Assembly (NCBI GenBank): GCA_030141605.1
Contig: JAQGDQ010000600.1
Span: 1-64,000, forward strand
Length of the DNA stretch: 64,000 nt
Direction: 5' to 3'
Source: Tubiluchus corallicola
Lineage: Eukaryota > Animalia > Priapulida
Part shown: piece after piece, positions 28,906 through 43,093 of the stretch
How positions within the stretch are numbered: position 1 is the stretch's first letter
How the letters are laid out: the number at the start of each line of letters is the position of its first letter
Notes under the pieces: generated by a model
Databases searched by the model: none
The model's input: only the letters and a program-made list of their open reading frames with translations
Told to the model about the DNA's origin: nothing
Translations under genes and position numbers: made by a program

Positions 28906-29688
28906 TCCAATTTTTACAGTCCTGCAATACTACACATTATTTAATTTTTTTTGCTTTTTTTGAAATGTAATATTATATTAATTATTTTCTAAAATTTATT
29001 TAGCTTTTAATTTACTAACCCTTGTATTTACGTTTTAATCTTGTAATTTTGTGTTTCATTGTGTTTTGTTTCATTTTAGTATTGTATTTGTATTTTACAT
29101 GATCTTATTTACAGGAATAAAAATTTGAATTGAAATTGAACTGAATGAATTGAATTGAATTTAGTTTATTATGAACTTAGGGCAGGATGTAGATATTGGG
29201 GGCCCCAGGAAGTTTGAGCTCGGGGGTCCCATCAAAGTAAAAATTAAATTTCATGGCAATTAATAAATGATCTAAAATGAATAAAAAACCTCATTTCTTT
29301 GAAAAAATGTTTACGTTAGCAAGAGACGAAATCTTCCGATTTTATTTTCCTCAAATTTATTAACTGAATTTTAACTTTGACAGCAAATTTTTAGCTTGTA
29401 ATATAAGCCATAGTGTTTATCTAAACATGATAAGACTGTCTTTCCATTTTGTGCTACTCCCACACAATTTCTTAATTATTTTTAATAATAAAACAAATTT
29501 TATAATCATAATAAAGAAAGTTCTCAGCGCTGGGGCCTAATCAGACTCTGAATGAACCAACAAAGATCGGTATTAAATTATACGACGTAAATTCATAAAT
29601 TTTCATAGAATTTCAAAATTTTGGCATTTTTCTCTTACGAGGCTTAGTATGAAAGATACGTAAAAATAAACGAAATCAATACACTTAC

Positions 29689-29841
29689 CACTAAGCATCC
29701 ATCAGTTTCCAACCAAGTTCATTAACGTTTGAAGAAGTATTCGAAAGTAGAAGCAAATAGTAAGTATTGAAATTCAACCGAGAGTCACACAATAAACATA
29801 TTAGAATATTCTAATTAAAGCTGTGCATTTCGCTTTTATAC
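29689..29841 (-). promoter_or_regulatory. TATA box and non-coding first exon of CAP gene copy A
   Basis: TATAAAAG (minus strand, ~29833-29840); donor G|GTAAGT at 29688; conserved in copy B (44047-44190). Confidence 0.6.
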
Positions 29842-31544
29842 ATTAGCACGGGCCAATCAACCGTTGCTTTGTTCTTTAATCATAATCTGGGCAGTGAACG
29901 ATGTAATTCAATATTCTTCTTTCTTACTGCTACAATAGTTGTATTTAAATTAAACCGCTTATGTGTACGTGCTTGTGTGATGCAAATGATATGATTTCGG
30001 CTACATTATATTCGGTTCAATTACTTTGAAGATTCAATAAACGCGATGAATGATTGTTAATTTCTTTCATTTCTTCTGGCTGGTTTTTGTACTCGTAATG
30101 TCGTAGTGTTGCTGTTTCTTATTCTCAGGTGTGAAGTGTTAAACATTTAGATGACGTAACTTATAACTTTAGAGCAGGTAAGAAACCTCTTTTAACCATG
30201 CGTAATAGAACTAGCAAATAATATAATAATATTAATAATATAATGATATAATATAATAATAATAATATAATATATAATAATATAATAATATAATAATATA
30301 ATTATTTCAACACAAAACAAAATGTACCATATACACGTGTGTACAAGTCGACCCTATGTACAAGTCGATGTGCATTTTAAAACCAAAAACTGCATCATTT
30401 TACATCTTACCTGTGTACAAGTCGACCATAAAATATTAAGATCTTCTACTACAAAGAAATGGGGTACTGCATATACAAAGCTAGGGTTAGTCTGTTGCCT
30501 GGCGTTACCACTTAGCTAAACCCCTTTCAATCTGGGGGTAGGTCAAAAGACAGTCAGTCAAAGGACCACCAGATAAAGGACCACCGATCAAAAGACCACC
30601 ACCAAGAAAGGACCACAAAAATGGATCAAAATAAAGATTAGCAGACCACTCAAATTTCAATCGAAAAACAATATGAAATACATTTTGCTTTGTGTTAAAA
30701 TAATTATATCATTTGCTAATTCTTTAGTAGAAATTTAAAAGCAAACACACAGCTGTACAAGCTCTGGTGTGATACAGCAGTTTAATGTTTTCATATTAAT
30801 ATTACAACAGAAACTACAAAGGCATTTTCTAGTAGTGGACTGATCACGCATGGACAGTTTTGTGGTGTCAGCTTTCAAACCTGGTTAGCCTTCTTACGCA
30901 GTGATACTTTTGAACTCTTTTCGGGTTGTATGAACTTAATTCGCTTGCAAATTAAAGTTTTAAACACAACATTCAAGATTGTTGGGTATGGAATACTCTT
31001 CACTAATGTAGGACTGGAGACTGGCAAAACGTTTTTTGGTTAAAGTTAGTGCCATGATGTGTTGACTTGACTTTCTAGCTAACTTGCAAGAAAATATTCT
31101 CAAATGTCTTCAAATGCAAAGCTGATAGCTTTACAGGATTAGCTGATAGTTTAATAGAAATTAACAGATGTGGATATGTCGGCCTACATAGTTGCTTGCA
31201 TTGAGTAACATGGAAAGCCTGTAATTAACCGTTTTAGGACTCGTTACAATAGATATGCGAAGTGAAAGTGAATTTGGGTTATCCTATGAGGTAGCAAAAA
31301 TGAAAAACCAATGTGGATTTTTCAAAGTCAGAGATCCTGGGAGCTTAGTTACTGGCTGTGACAGCTTTCTGCTGGCTTTCCCACTTTTTTGTTTACATAA
31401 CTAATTAAGACCCTCTGTCAATGTTGTCCAATCATGCTTTGCGTCTGAGGTCAGCCATATATATTACTCATTATTATACATACGTACTTAATTTTGTCAA
31501 AACAGGGGCGAAATCTTGTGTGTCTGTCTGTATATCTTTTTAGA

Positions 31545-32243
31545 TTTAATATTTTATTTCAAAGTTCACAAAGTTCATATACACATCACAAATTAATACA
31601 AATAATACAATAAATCATGACACACAACAATAACACAAATAACAATTAACGACATAACAAACTACGCCAATGACATCTAATTACAGAAGAAAATTTTGCA
31701 TCACTGTTTAAAATGTTCTTGCATATAAAATTTTCACTCTTATTCAGCCTGACGTATAAACTGTATGCACATTTTCTGTGAATCACATCAAAATAAATAA
31801 TATTAAGTCTAGTAGAAATATATCTTGCGGTCGTATCATATGAAAAGTTAAACAGCTTCCGTGTTTATTCATTATATTCAATCTTGAGTTTGCTAAGATT
31901 GTAAGAATAAAAATGTCTCCAAGTGGACATACAATAAAAGTTGTGCAGTAAGCATTAAACAATTGTCTCTTCACGTTAAATGAACGGTGAGTAAATGTCA
32001 TGAGTAATTTATTTGCTCTACCATAGTAAATTGAACATTGTCGTAATATATTTAAATCATCTCTATTGTCATCTGATAAAATATGACCCAGATATTTTTC
32101 CATTTTACCAGGTACAAAACTTTTACACTGCAAAACAACAGATCCAAAAGTAAACTGCTGCATGTGAGCAGAGCGAAACGTGACAAGTTTAGTCTTATTC
32201 ACATTTAAAAGGATATCATATTTTTTAGCAAATTTATTAAAAA
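31545..32243 (-). mobile_element. LINE 3' fragment (same RTE-X-like family as 23106-24115) between the two duplication units
   Basis: KYDILLNVNKTK..EKYLGHILSDDNRDDLNILRQ..YGRANKLL..VKRQLFNAYC, homologous to 23431-23721. Confidence 0.8.
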
Positions 32244-32339
32244 TGTCTGTCTGTCTGTCTGTCTGTCTGTACGTCTGTACGTACGTACGTACGTACGTAT
32301 GTCTGTATGTCTGTATGTCTGTATGTCTGTATGTCTGTA

Positions 32340-32402
<63 letters not shown>

Positions 32403-32422
32403 TGGTCTGTCTGTCTGTCTGC
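32244..32422. repeat. (TCTG)n/(TACG)n/(TATGTCTG)n microsatellite at the left boundary of unit B
   Basis: Directly visible. Confidence 0.9.
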
Positions 32423-33144
32423 ATATATCTGACCATTTGCGTTGAAATGATTTTTTGTGCTTTTGAAAGTTGAGAGTTGCTTCAGTCAAGACATACAGTA
32501 GACTAAGTAAATTTGCAATCCAATATGACTGTTTATTTTACAATATATTGTAAAGTCATTCTTGTTCTTAACTTTACAAATTAAAAAATACCAACAAATT
32601 GTTAACATAATTTTAACAATTCTACATAATCTAAGTAAACAAAATAAATAACTTAACTTGTGAGATGTGTGCTGTACTTTGTATAACAATTAAGATTACT
32701 TACAATAATTATTAGTATACGTTCTTACTGTAGTAACTGCTCTGTTTAACAATAATACGACGTACTTTAGCAATTATTTACTATCATTGGTATTCTTTAT
32801 TGCTAAAATGTTACATACAATGTAAACGCGAAATTAAAATTATATTTACATTAAAATTTGTATGTAACCAGTTTAGAAACAGCAAAAGTGTCATTATTAT
32901 AGGCCTACACAACCAAACTAACATACATGTAAAAACTAAATTATATACAAATATTTAGAAAATTATAAAATTTATGCAAAGTTCACAATGCAAAAACATT
33001 AAGAACTAAATTAAACATATATAAACATGATTGCAAGCAGTTGAAAAATTTCGGAACGTCGAGTATTGCTCTTTGTTTTTTGTAAATATCAGTTACTACA
33101 GTAACCGTTAATTGTAGCATAGGTTTGCAGTCTTGCATATCACA

Positions 33145-33350
33145 CATTACCACATCACTCATTGCCATTACTACGTCACTCAATGCCATTATTACGTCAT
33201 TCCATGCGATTACTACGTCACTCATTGGCATTGCTACGTCATTCATTGCCATTATTACGTCACTCAATGGCATTGCTACGTCACTCAATGCCATTGCTAG
33301 GTCTCTCAATGCCATGATTGCGTCACTCATTGCCATTATTACGTCACTCA
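33145..33350. repeat. 21-bp minisatellite (paralog of 16888-17220)
   Basis: Periodicity of 21 nt. Confidence 0.85.
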
Positions 33351-33922
33351 TAACTCAGTTTTTATGCTTTTCAAAATTCTAATAACAATTTATGACAAAA
33401 TAATTAATAACATGTTTATTAGCCTTATGCAGAAGTAGGTAAAAATATTTTTGGGGAGTATATGCAATAAACTCACGCGCACACGTCAGACTTTTAAAAA
33501 ACATTTTTACAACTGTCGTCACACGAAATGGTGCAGTAAATGATAATTTGTCATTTGACTGAACATTATAACTTTAACGTACTCGTGTTTTTTCGTTTCT
33601 TATCATGCTGCAAGACTTGGAAAAAATGGGTAAGAATTTTCTTAATTATATGTATATCATCTCTAGGTAATTGATGATACTGATGAGGTACCTCAAGCCA
33701 AAACAAATTGTTAAAATTTTTACCTTCATAAAGTCTTAAATTGGTATGTATACATTATTGTATTCAACAATGATACTTTGATTCACCAAGCGGTGCGCCA
33801 AAAACACTTTGAGAAGCTCAACCGCCGTCTTCGTTTAGGATTCAAACCAAATTTCTTCCCTTTAGTTTTTACGTGGTACCGGTTCCTCCTTGGTATTTTG
33901 CGTCTGAGTGTCCGGTGACGCT

Positions 33923-33987
<65 letters not shown>

Positions 33988-34008
33988 TATAATAATAATA
34001 ATAATAAT

Positions 34009-34193
<185 letters not shown>

Positions 34194-34429
34194 TTATAAT
34201 TATTATTATTATAATGATAATGATAATCATGATAATGATAATAATAATAATATACTACAGTACTACAATTACTACAGTACTTGTAGTAATAGCGGTAGCT
34301 GTAGTAATAGTAGTTTCAATAGTTGTAGTAATAGTAACAAAAACAGTAAAATTAATGGTTCTACTAAATTGCTAATTACCAGGTGTCAAAATAAATTACA
34401 CACTTTTCTGGCCTTTGGCCATACTTTTG

Positions 34430-34868
34430 CTTGTGGGTCTACTGTTGGTGGGTCTACTGTTGGAGGGTCTTCTGTTGGAGGGTCTTCTGTTGTTGGGTCT
34501 TCTGTTGTTGGGTCTTCTGTTGTTGGGTCTTCTGTTGTTGGGTCTTCTGTTGTTGGGTCTTCTGTTGTTGGGTCTTCTGTTGTTGGGTCTTCTGTTGTTG
34601 GGTTTTCTGTTGTTGGATCTTCTGTTGTTGGGTCTTCTGTTGTTGGGTCTTCTGTTGTTGGGTCTTCTGTTGTTGGGTCTTCTGTTGTTGGGTCTTCTGT
34701 TGTTGGGTCTTCTGTTGTTGGGTCTTCTGTTAATGGGTCTTCTGTTGTTGGGTCTTCTGTTGTTGGATCTTCTGTTGTTGGGTCTTCTGTTGTTGGATCT
34801 TCTGTTGTTGGGTCTTCTGTTGTTGGATCTTCTGTTGTTGGGTCTTCTGTTGTTGGGTCTTGTGTTGG
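34430..34868 (-). repeat. Coding 15-bp VNTR encoding (PTTED)~29
   Basis: GGGTCTTCTGTTGTT tandem inside CAP copy B exon 34870-34404. Confidence 0.95.
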
Positions 34869-36103
34869 TGCTGTAAATTGCATAATGATTGCTTAAAGCT
34901 ACTAATCAGGATATATTTTTTCAAACATTGTTCCATGAGTGGCATCCGCACACGATACAGCCAAAATGACCACCTTGGACTGAATGCTGCCGAGGGGGAG
35001 TATCGAGTACGCTTATTTAAAAAGGTCCTAATTCTTAAAAATACAAGCAATCGTATTGTATGTCATGCAGGAGATTTAAGCAAAACAAACTGGTTGAAAT
35101 GAATTAATGGAAAAAGAAATCAAGGGCCAGTTTCTGTTATTTTTATTCTCAAATTTCATAAAATAATTTCAAAAGTTTAACATTTATTAATAGTTCTGTT
35201 TATTGTTCATGCAAGTGTATATATACACAACGTTTCCACTGTGAAGGGTTACAGCATAAAAATGATGATTTCACGTCTTGCTAGAGACGCTGAGCTACAA
35301 AGGCTTAAGTTGCAACTGGCTAAAGTCTTGATACGCCCCTCGCAATGTGTTACTTTAAGACATAATCTCATATGCCAGTAGCACATTTTGAAGGTGTGCT
35401 GTAATTGCAGTAATATAAGCTTATTGTTTACAAATGTACTAGAACGAAGCTCTTACCACATAGATCATCCATGCACATTGTTTCACTAGGGCAACAGTCA
35501 CAAGCTTCATCTCCTATTTTGTAAGGTTTGAATTCGTTTGGAGGTACATTTCCACTGCAAATAATGATTTGAAACAAGTTAGGTGAGCACAGAAAAGTTT
35601 TGGTTGATGGATGGGTGAGTGAGTGAATGATTGAGTGAGAGTGAGAAAGAAAGAGTGAGAAAAAGAAAGAGAGACAGAGAGAGAGAAAGAGAAAGAGAGT
35701 GAGAAAAGAGAAAAAAGAGAAAGAGAGAGCGAGAGCGAGAGAGAGAGAGAAAGAAAGAAAGACAGCGAAAGAGAGATGAGGAGGCGACGGAGATGGAACA
35801 AAAAGACTCCTTCCATCTCCATCTCTCTCTCTCTCTCAACATATCTCTTAAATACATATTAGATGGATTTGGTCTTAGCCTATTCTATCCATAGTGATTA
35901 TTGTTTTTGCATCACTTTAGATTGTTGTAATTTGTGTAACACTTGACTATAGTTGTCTAAGCAGGTCTATTTAGATTTGGCACCATCGACTTAATATCTT
36001 TTCCAGAACTGCCTATGGTAAATGGAGTAGCAGATTTGAATTCAATAATAAGACTGTTATGTTGCAAACTTTGTATTTTTGTAACGTAATTTCGAATGAT
36101 TAA

Positions 36104-36561
36104 CCCTTTCAGTCCGAAATTATTTTTTTAATAAGAAAAAATTTTTTGGCTTGTTACTTTTGTTCAGTATGTCCATCTTGTTTACACATAATAATTATTT
36201 TTTCTACCTATGCCCGCGTGCTAAATATAGCCTGTATCCCACGGGATACATTGGGATTCAATGGAAGCATAAAATGTGCTTCATTTTGCAACTGCTGATA
36301 ATTCTTTAAAGTACTTAAGACATTTAATATGCACGCTATACTGATCTGTACAAAGTCGTCTCTAAAGTACTGTACCTTGCACAGTTTTTTATGCTATGTA
36401 GATTTTCTAGTTTGGCATTTTATCACCATTTTTGGTCTATTGTTATTGGCTTAAATCAAAATGACTATTAACGGATCAAATAACTGTCAGTTTTTAAATT
36501 TTATTAATTTTAAAGCAGAAAATATTCTCGTATCCAACGGGATACAACGGGTATGAAAGGG
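36104..36561. mobile_element. piggyBac-type non-autonomous element
   Basis: TTAA|CCCTTTCA...TGAAAGGG|TTAA; the paralogous site in unit A (~22181) has a single TTAA (empty site). Confidence 0.85.
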
Positions 36562-36972
36562 TTAAATAATTTCTCACATAACAGTTAATTTCGTATATGA
36601 TAACTAAGGGCTTTAATTCATCAACATAATTATGCTCATATTAACTATTATTTTACTACTTCGTTCATCTCGATTCTATTTGCCTGGTAGATTCGTATAT
36701 TAACTATGCTGTGATTGTGGAACATCAATGAAATTTTTGCAACATAATTATCTTAATGAACAACTTTCCTAGTTAGCTTTTGCCATGCTTTGGTCTTTTA
36801 GTATTTACCAACTTACTACCTACATCTACCTTGCAATTATAAATTCTGATAGAAAGAACAACTCACGCTGGACAGTAAACGCCGGAATTCAAATTGAATC
36901 CAGGCCAATTTTTAAATCCACAACCAACTGTGTCAGACTCAGCCCATACAATCTGTGAATTGTATGGGCACT

Positions 36973-37136
<164 letters not shown>

Positions 37137-37629
37137 CAACATATCTCTTAAATATATATTAGAGTCTTAGCCTATTCTATCCACCAATGTTAGATGCCAC
37201 TCACATTCCATCCCTGTTCATAACAGATTCATCCTTGATGATAGCCTCATCATTTCTTTGTATTTTTTTACAATTTTATATTCTTTCTTCTCTTCTGCTC
37301 ACCTTACTTACTTACACTATTATTTTACGGTCATGTCATCCCTTTCATTGTTCACCTCTTTTATTCTACCTCCAACACTTAACGAAACAGCCTGTATTGC
37401 AGTTGGGCTTTTTTTGTCCTTGCTTCTAGCTCAGCTGCAAGCAGCTCACTTATTAATTGCTCCCTTGATAAGTAATTTTCCGTATTTTTTTCATTTTGTT
37501 CACTGTTGTGTAGTCGTACTTACAATATATGTGTGTGTGTGTTCGTGCGTGTATGCGTTCGTGACTGTGTGTGTGTGTTGTGTGTGTGTGTGTGTGTGTG
37601 TTTGTGTGTTTGTGTGTGTGTGTGTGTTT

Positions 37630-37660
<31 letters not shown>

Positions 37661-38925
37661 CATGCGTGTGTGTGTGTGTGTGTGTGCGTGCGTGCGTGCG
37701 TGTGTGCGTGCGTGTGTGTGTTCGTAGTTGTAATGGGTTTTTCTCTAATAAACAATAACAAACAATGCCTAAGCTTTCGCACTTACCTGCGTAAAATGGC
37801 CGACGACTGCAGTTGTGTCCATTCCATATGTAAAATTCTCAACTTCGGCGTACCAAAAGTCTATCGTCCTTCCAAATCTAGTATTGTACCAAACGCTAGA
37901 TTCTCTCCACAGGAAGAGTATTCAGCTAAGAAAAAATACAGATTCAAAGACAGTCTGACAAAAATGTTGAAGTTGCGAAGACAGAGAAAGAATTAAGTTG
38001 AACTTGAACTGTTGATCAACTGTTGAACTCGAGATTTGTCTGTTAATTTGTGTGAAATTTGTTAAAATGTTTTTGCTTGCAGTTTCATGACATCATCTTC
38101 ATTAGATAACGTAGCACCAATCATAATTCGATGCCATGATTTGCTGATTTGCTGCCACAGGCCAATTATTTAAAGGACAAGAAAAGGGGCACATGGAGTT
38201 GGTTTCAGAAAAATCACCTTAAAAAATTATACTACTTTACGGGAATTTAATGCGTGTAATCGTACTCGAGCTGAAAAGAATTTTTGTTTGTTTTCATTTT
38301 AAATCTCCCGCAATATTTTCCGAGGTACCCTTACATGACGTCACATAAGCATAACGTAAATCATGGGAAGAAAATGTAATGTTAAATTATACCCCATTAA
38401 ACTTTCAGTGCAAAGTTATGTTACTTTACATTTCGCTTACCTGCCTGAAAGACTTATGTAACTAGAAAAGAAAATTATTAATGATTTAAAATGTTTTCAC
38501 CAATTGGTAAAATGTTGTTGTCTCACCTCCAGGGTGCATCACTCACTAACCAAAATTTTTCATCTTGTTGACAAAATACAGTATTTTAAAATTTTACTTA
38601 GTTAGTGACGTGTCTAGTGCCAAAGTGTCCCCGTGTCCAAATGTCTCGTGCTGAAATGTCACGTCTGACGCTTAGGTGAATGAGTTACGTAAACAGTAGC
38701 AGTGAGCAAACAGAAACGCGCCATCTAGTGAAGAAATTTAGTAAGTGCTTGCGAAAGTAAAGAAGTAATAAACCATTAAAGTACGCACCAGATATGTTAG
38801 CCCTTTCTTCATTAGTGGTGTGTTCGAACACGCAGTTGTCAACATGTTGCTGTGCAAAATCTGCAGCTTCTGTGTTCCATCTCTACAAAATGTAACTACG
38901 AACTCAAACAAACAGGCACTTATTA

Positions 38926-39022
<97 letters not shown>

Positions 39023-39028
39023 GTAATA

Positions 39029-39080
<52 letters not shown>

Positions 39081-39384
39081 TAATAATGACCTTTATTTAA
39101 AGTCGGCTTTTGGGTCATTAGAGCTATTATCGCTGACTGTAAATAACAACCTACAACTACATAACAGAGACTATTATTATCCCACTTTTACCCTAAATAC
39201 CACGCCTCAGGCAGGGCACAGCAGGTACCATTTTTTAAAGTCTTTGGTATGACTCATTATACGGTCTTTGGTATGAATTATACATTATTCAAGCTAAGGT
39301 TTTGCAGTGGTATTGTACCACCTGTAGATGGCGAAACATATTGTTTAGCACCTGAATGTCTGAATAGATAATAGTGCGTGAAAC

Positions 39385-39607
39385 ACGTATACAACCAGCT
39401 AAAAAACCTGCAGGAGGACAAATGTTAACATATTTAGATTTTGCACAGAAGGATTTAAACACTTCAGCATTGACCCTTAGAAATAAATGCACTTGGGGCA
39501 TTGCGGCGAGCAGGGAGTCCTGGCATAGAGAGGTGAGCAGAATCATGTCCCTGGACGTGTGATTCATTGGATGGTGGTGATGACGATGATGGGGATGATG
39601 ATGTTGT

Positions 39608-39659
<52 letters not shown>

Positions 39660-39840
39660 AATCCAGTGAAGACAGCTTTTCAACAAGCCATAGAACCAGC
39701 TAAAAAACCTGCAGGAGGACAAATGTTAACATATTTAGATTTTGCACTGAAAGATTTAAACACTTCAGCATTGAACCTTAGAAATAAATCCACCTGTGTC
39801 ATGTCCCTGGACGTTTGATTCATTGGAGGATGATGATGAA
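39385..39840 (+). mobile_element. Two tandem RTE-like LINE 3' ends with (GAT)n tails
   Basis: KKPAGGQMLTYLDF..KDL..W.IAASRESWHREV (RT C-terminal end) repeated at 39392 and 39694, each followed by (GAT)n. Confidence 0.6.
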
Positions 39841-41013
39841 ACAGGTATAATGAATATTAGGCGTACGGAATACAGAATGATAAACATCTAATTGTTATTC
39901 ATCAGACAAGTCATTTACACACATTTCTGAAAACAAATAAGATAATTTTACGGCGAAATCTAAACCAAATTGATCTAATTGACTTTAACAAAGTTTTACG
40001 CAAATTATAAAATCTAATCTTTAGTCTTTTTAATAAACAAAGGTTCAAAATTTAAGAAATTAATAAATCAACTTACATGGTGATCTTCTATAAGTGTAAT
40101 TATGAAATTATAACAAGGAATCAATGAATGACGCTAAACAATGTGTAACTGCAGTGTGTGAATTAGAGTTACTCCAATCTACAGGTAAGTGTACAGGCTA
40201 CATGACCGGTCACATGACCTGTTTAAAAGGAAACCAATTTATAGCAGAAAAGAGGGGGCAATACAAGTTGAATCAGCACATACACATACCATTTTTAACA
40301 TATTAGCAGCTGGTTTATCATCGTCTGCAACATCCGGAAGGTCTCTTCTGTATTGATTATGCACATCTAGAACGAGGTCCATGTCAGCCGGACTTAGTTG
40401 CGGCATTAAACATGGCAACCCTGTTAGATTAAACATGGCAACCCTGTTAGATTAAACATGTCAACCAATGGAGGATTGATTTCACAAAGTTATTCGAATA
40501 ACGAAATGGTACTAAATTTGCATTTCCTGAGCACTAATATAAGGCGAATTTTAGCTCATTGTTGACAATTCTAATTATAAATTGTAAATTTCTAATGTCC
40601 AAACATATGATGACCTTTTCGTAATGCAATAAAAAATTGCTGTATTTTGACATCAATAACTCAATATTACCATTATAATTGTAGCCTGAACATTTCTTTT
40701 TAATTTGCAGTTTTAAATCAGTAATTCTCTGTTTTATGGACATTATTATAGGCCCATTGCATAGAACAAATACGTGTAGGCCTAGGGCCATAATTATACA
40801 GGATAACCTTTTGCTAGGGGGTAAATTATTACATCAAAGAAACCTATCGTGCTGTCAAAGTTTAGTGTGGCAGTAACGCGATTATGACATTTATTCCATG
40901 GTGGCTGGATATAAGAAATCCATTTATGTTGCTTTTATTTCACAAATGCCCACCTTTCTCAAAATGGCTGCCACAGAAAACGAAATTACAATAATTACAA
41001 AAAGACACGAAAT

Positions 41014-42088
41014 AAATTTAATAACTACAATAGGAAATTCAAAAATAAATATTAAACTAATGAAAAATGCAATGATCCAACTACACCTAAACAAAAATGA
41101 CGTACTTAACAGATACAGAAACGATCACTTACAAATAAACAGTTTACGAGAAAATAACAGTATGATATCTGATCCAGTTGACATTGCTATGATTAAATAC
41201 ATTGCTGACATTAAATACCACATTTATCAATCTCGGAAAATTTGATAACTTGCCACGCCAACATAATGCAAATATACACAATATATACAAAAACCAATCA
41301 GTAACACAATCCACTTTCTCATTTACTAGCACCACCGAATACGACATCTTTAGAATATTAAACAGTTTAAATATAAATAAAAGAAATGGACCTTCAGGCA
41401 TGTCAATAAAAATGTAAAAAACTGTGCCAGCATCATTACTCCTCATCTAACACATATCACAAACCAAGTCTTAATGCGCTCAGAATTTCCAGCAGTGTGT
41501 AAACTAGCAAACATAACTCCAATTCACAAGAAAGATGCTAAAGTTGACGCTAAAAACTGCAGACCAATTTCAGTAGTGCACGTACTAGCCAAAGTATTTG
41601 AAAGAGTTATCTACAACCAAATAAATCATTACATTGAAAATAATAAGTTACTGTCAAATCATCAATTCGGATTTAGAAAACTACATTCTACAATAGACGC
41701 GATAATTGATGCCACTGAAAAGTGGCGTTACAACTTAAATAAAAACAAATATATAACAGCATCATTTTTACATCTAAGTAAAGCTTTTGACAGCCTCGAT
41801 CGCAATTTACTACTAGACAACTTACGCCAACTAGGATTCGATTATACTTCTCTCAAACTAATTAATAATTACCTACACAGTAGAAAACAAAGAGTCAAGC
41901 TGAACAAACACACTTTTTCAACATGGGACACCCCACAGAGAGGCATCCGCAAGGTACGATATTAGGTCCTTTACTCTTTTGTTTATATGTTAATAAACTT
42001 CATTTAGTTTTACATAATTCAGACTTTACACAATATGCCTATGATACAACTATCTATACAGCACATGCGGACTTTCTAGCATCGAAAT
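41014..42088 (+). mobile_element. Degenerate LINE RT fragment (CR1/L2/Jockey-like) present only in unit B
   Basis: ITPIHKK..NCRPIS..KVFER..HQFGFRK.HST..SKAFDSL..NYL.SRKQRV..PQGTILGPLLF..YAYDT; missing at the homologous site of unit A (~27955); CGAAATA on both sides. Confidence 0.85.
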
Positions 42089-42985
42089 ATATAAAGTCAT
42101 TTTATATATATAAATAAATAAATAAATAAACAAACAAATACATAAATAAATAAATGACTAAGTAAGTAAATAAACAAATAAACAAACATACAAATAAATA
42201 ATTAAATATATAAATAAACAAATAAATCAATAAATAAATAAACAAGTATATAAATAAACAAATAAATAAGTAAATAAATAAATATATAGGTAAATAAACA
42301 AGTATATAAATAAACAAATAAATAAGTAAATAAATAAATAAATATATAAATAAATAAATAAATATATAACGTATTCAGTCTGATAACTCTAAAATCATAA
42401 AATGATAAGCTCACTTAGCTGGCAAGCTCTCAACAAATTTTTCATCAGCTCTGTGATTCTCTTACCTGCTAGAAGGACAGAGGCCAAAATTGAAAAATTC
42501 ATGATGGTTCGCATAGAATTTATCTTGAAAGCTCTGCAATAAAGTAAGCAATAATAATTAAGATGCAGCACAATCATAACGAATCAAATTGATTATCGAT
42601 ACAATAATGATTGTGGCTAATGATATACTTAGTAACACATGTATTACATGATCTTCATTGGAAAACACACCTTTTGATTAGAAATTTCTTACTAAATGTA
42701 GCTATGGTGATTTTATAAAAACTTCTTACCAGTACTGTTTCGAACGAGTAAAATGCAATGTGATAATAATAACAACAGCAACAATAACAATAACAACAAC
42801 ATAAACAAATAACAACAACTTAAACAAACAACAACGACAGTAGGAGTGGCAACAAAAACAATAACAACAACAACAGCAGCAGCAGCAACAACAACAACAA
42901 CAACAGTAACAACAACAACAACAACAACATAAACAAACAACAACCACAACACCAACACAACAACATAAACAACACAAACACAAAC

Positions 42986-43093
<108 letters not shown>

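Noticed and set aside
29689-29698. ATG CTT AGT G as the CAP start codon
   Set aside because: Splicing to the next exon gives a stop after four more codons; the signal peptide starts at 28453.
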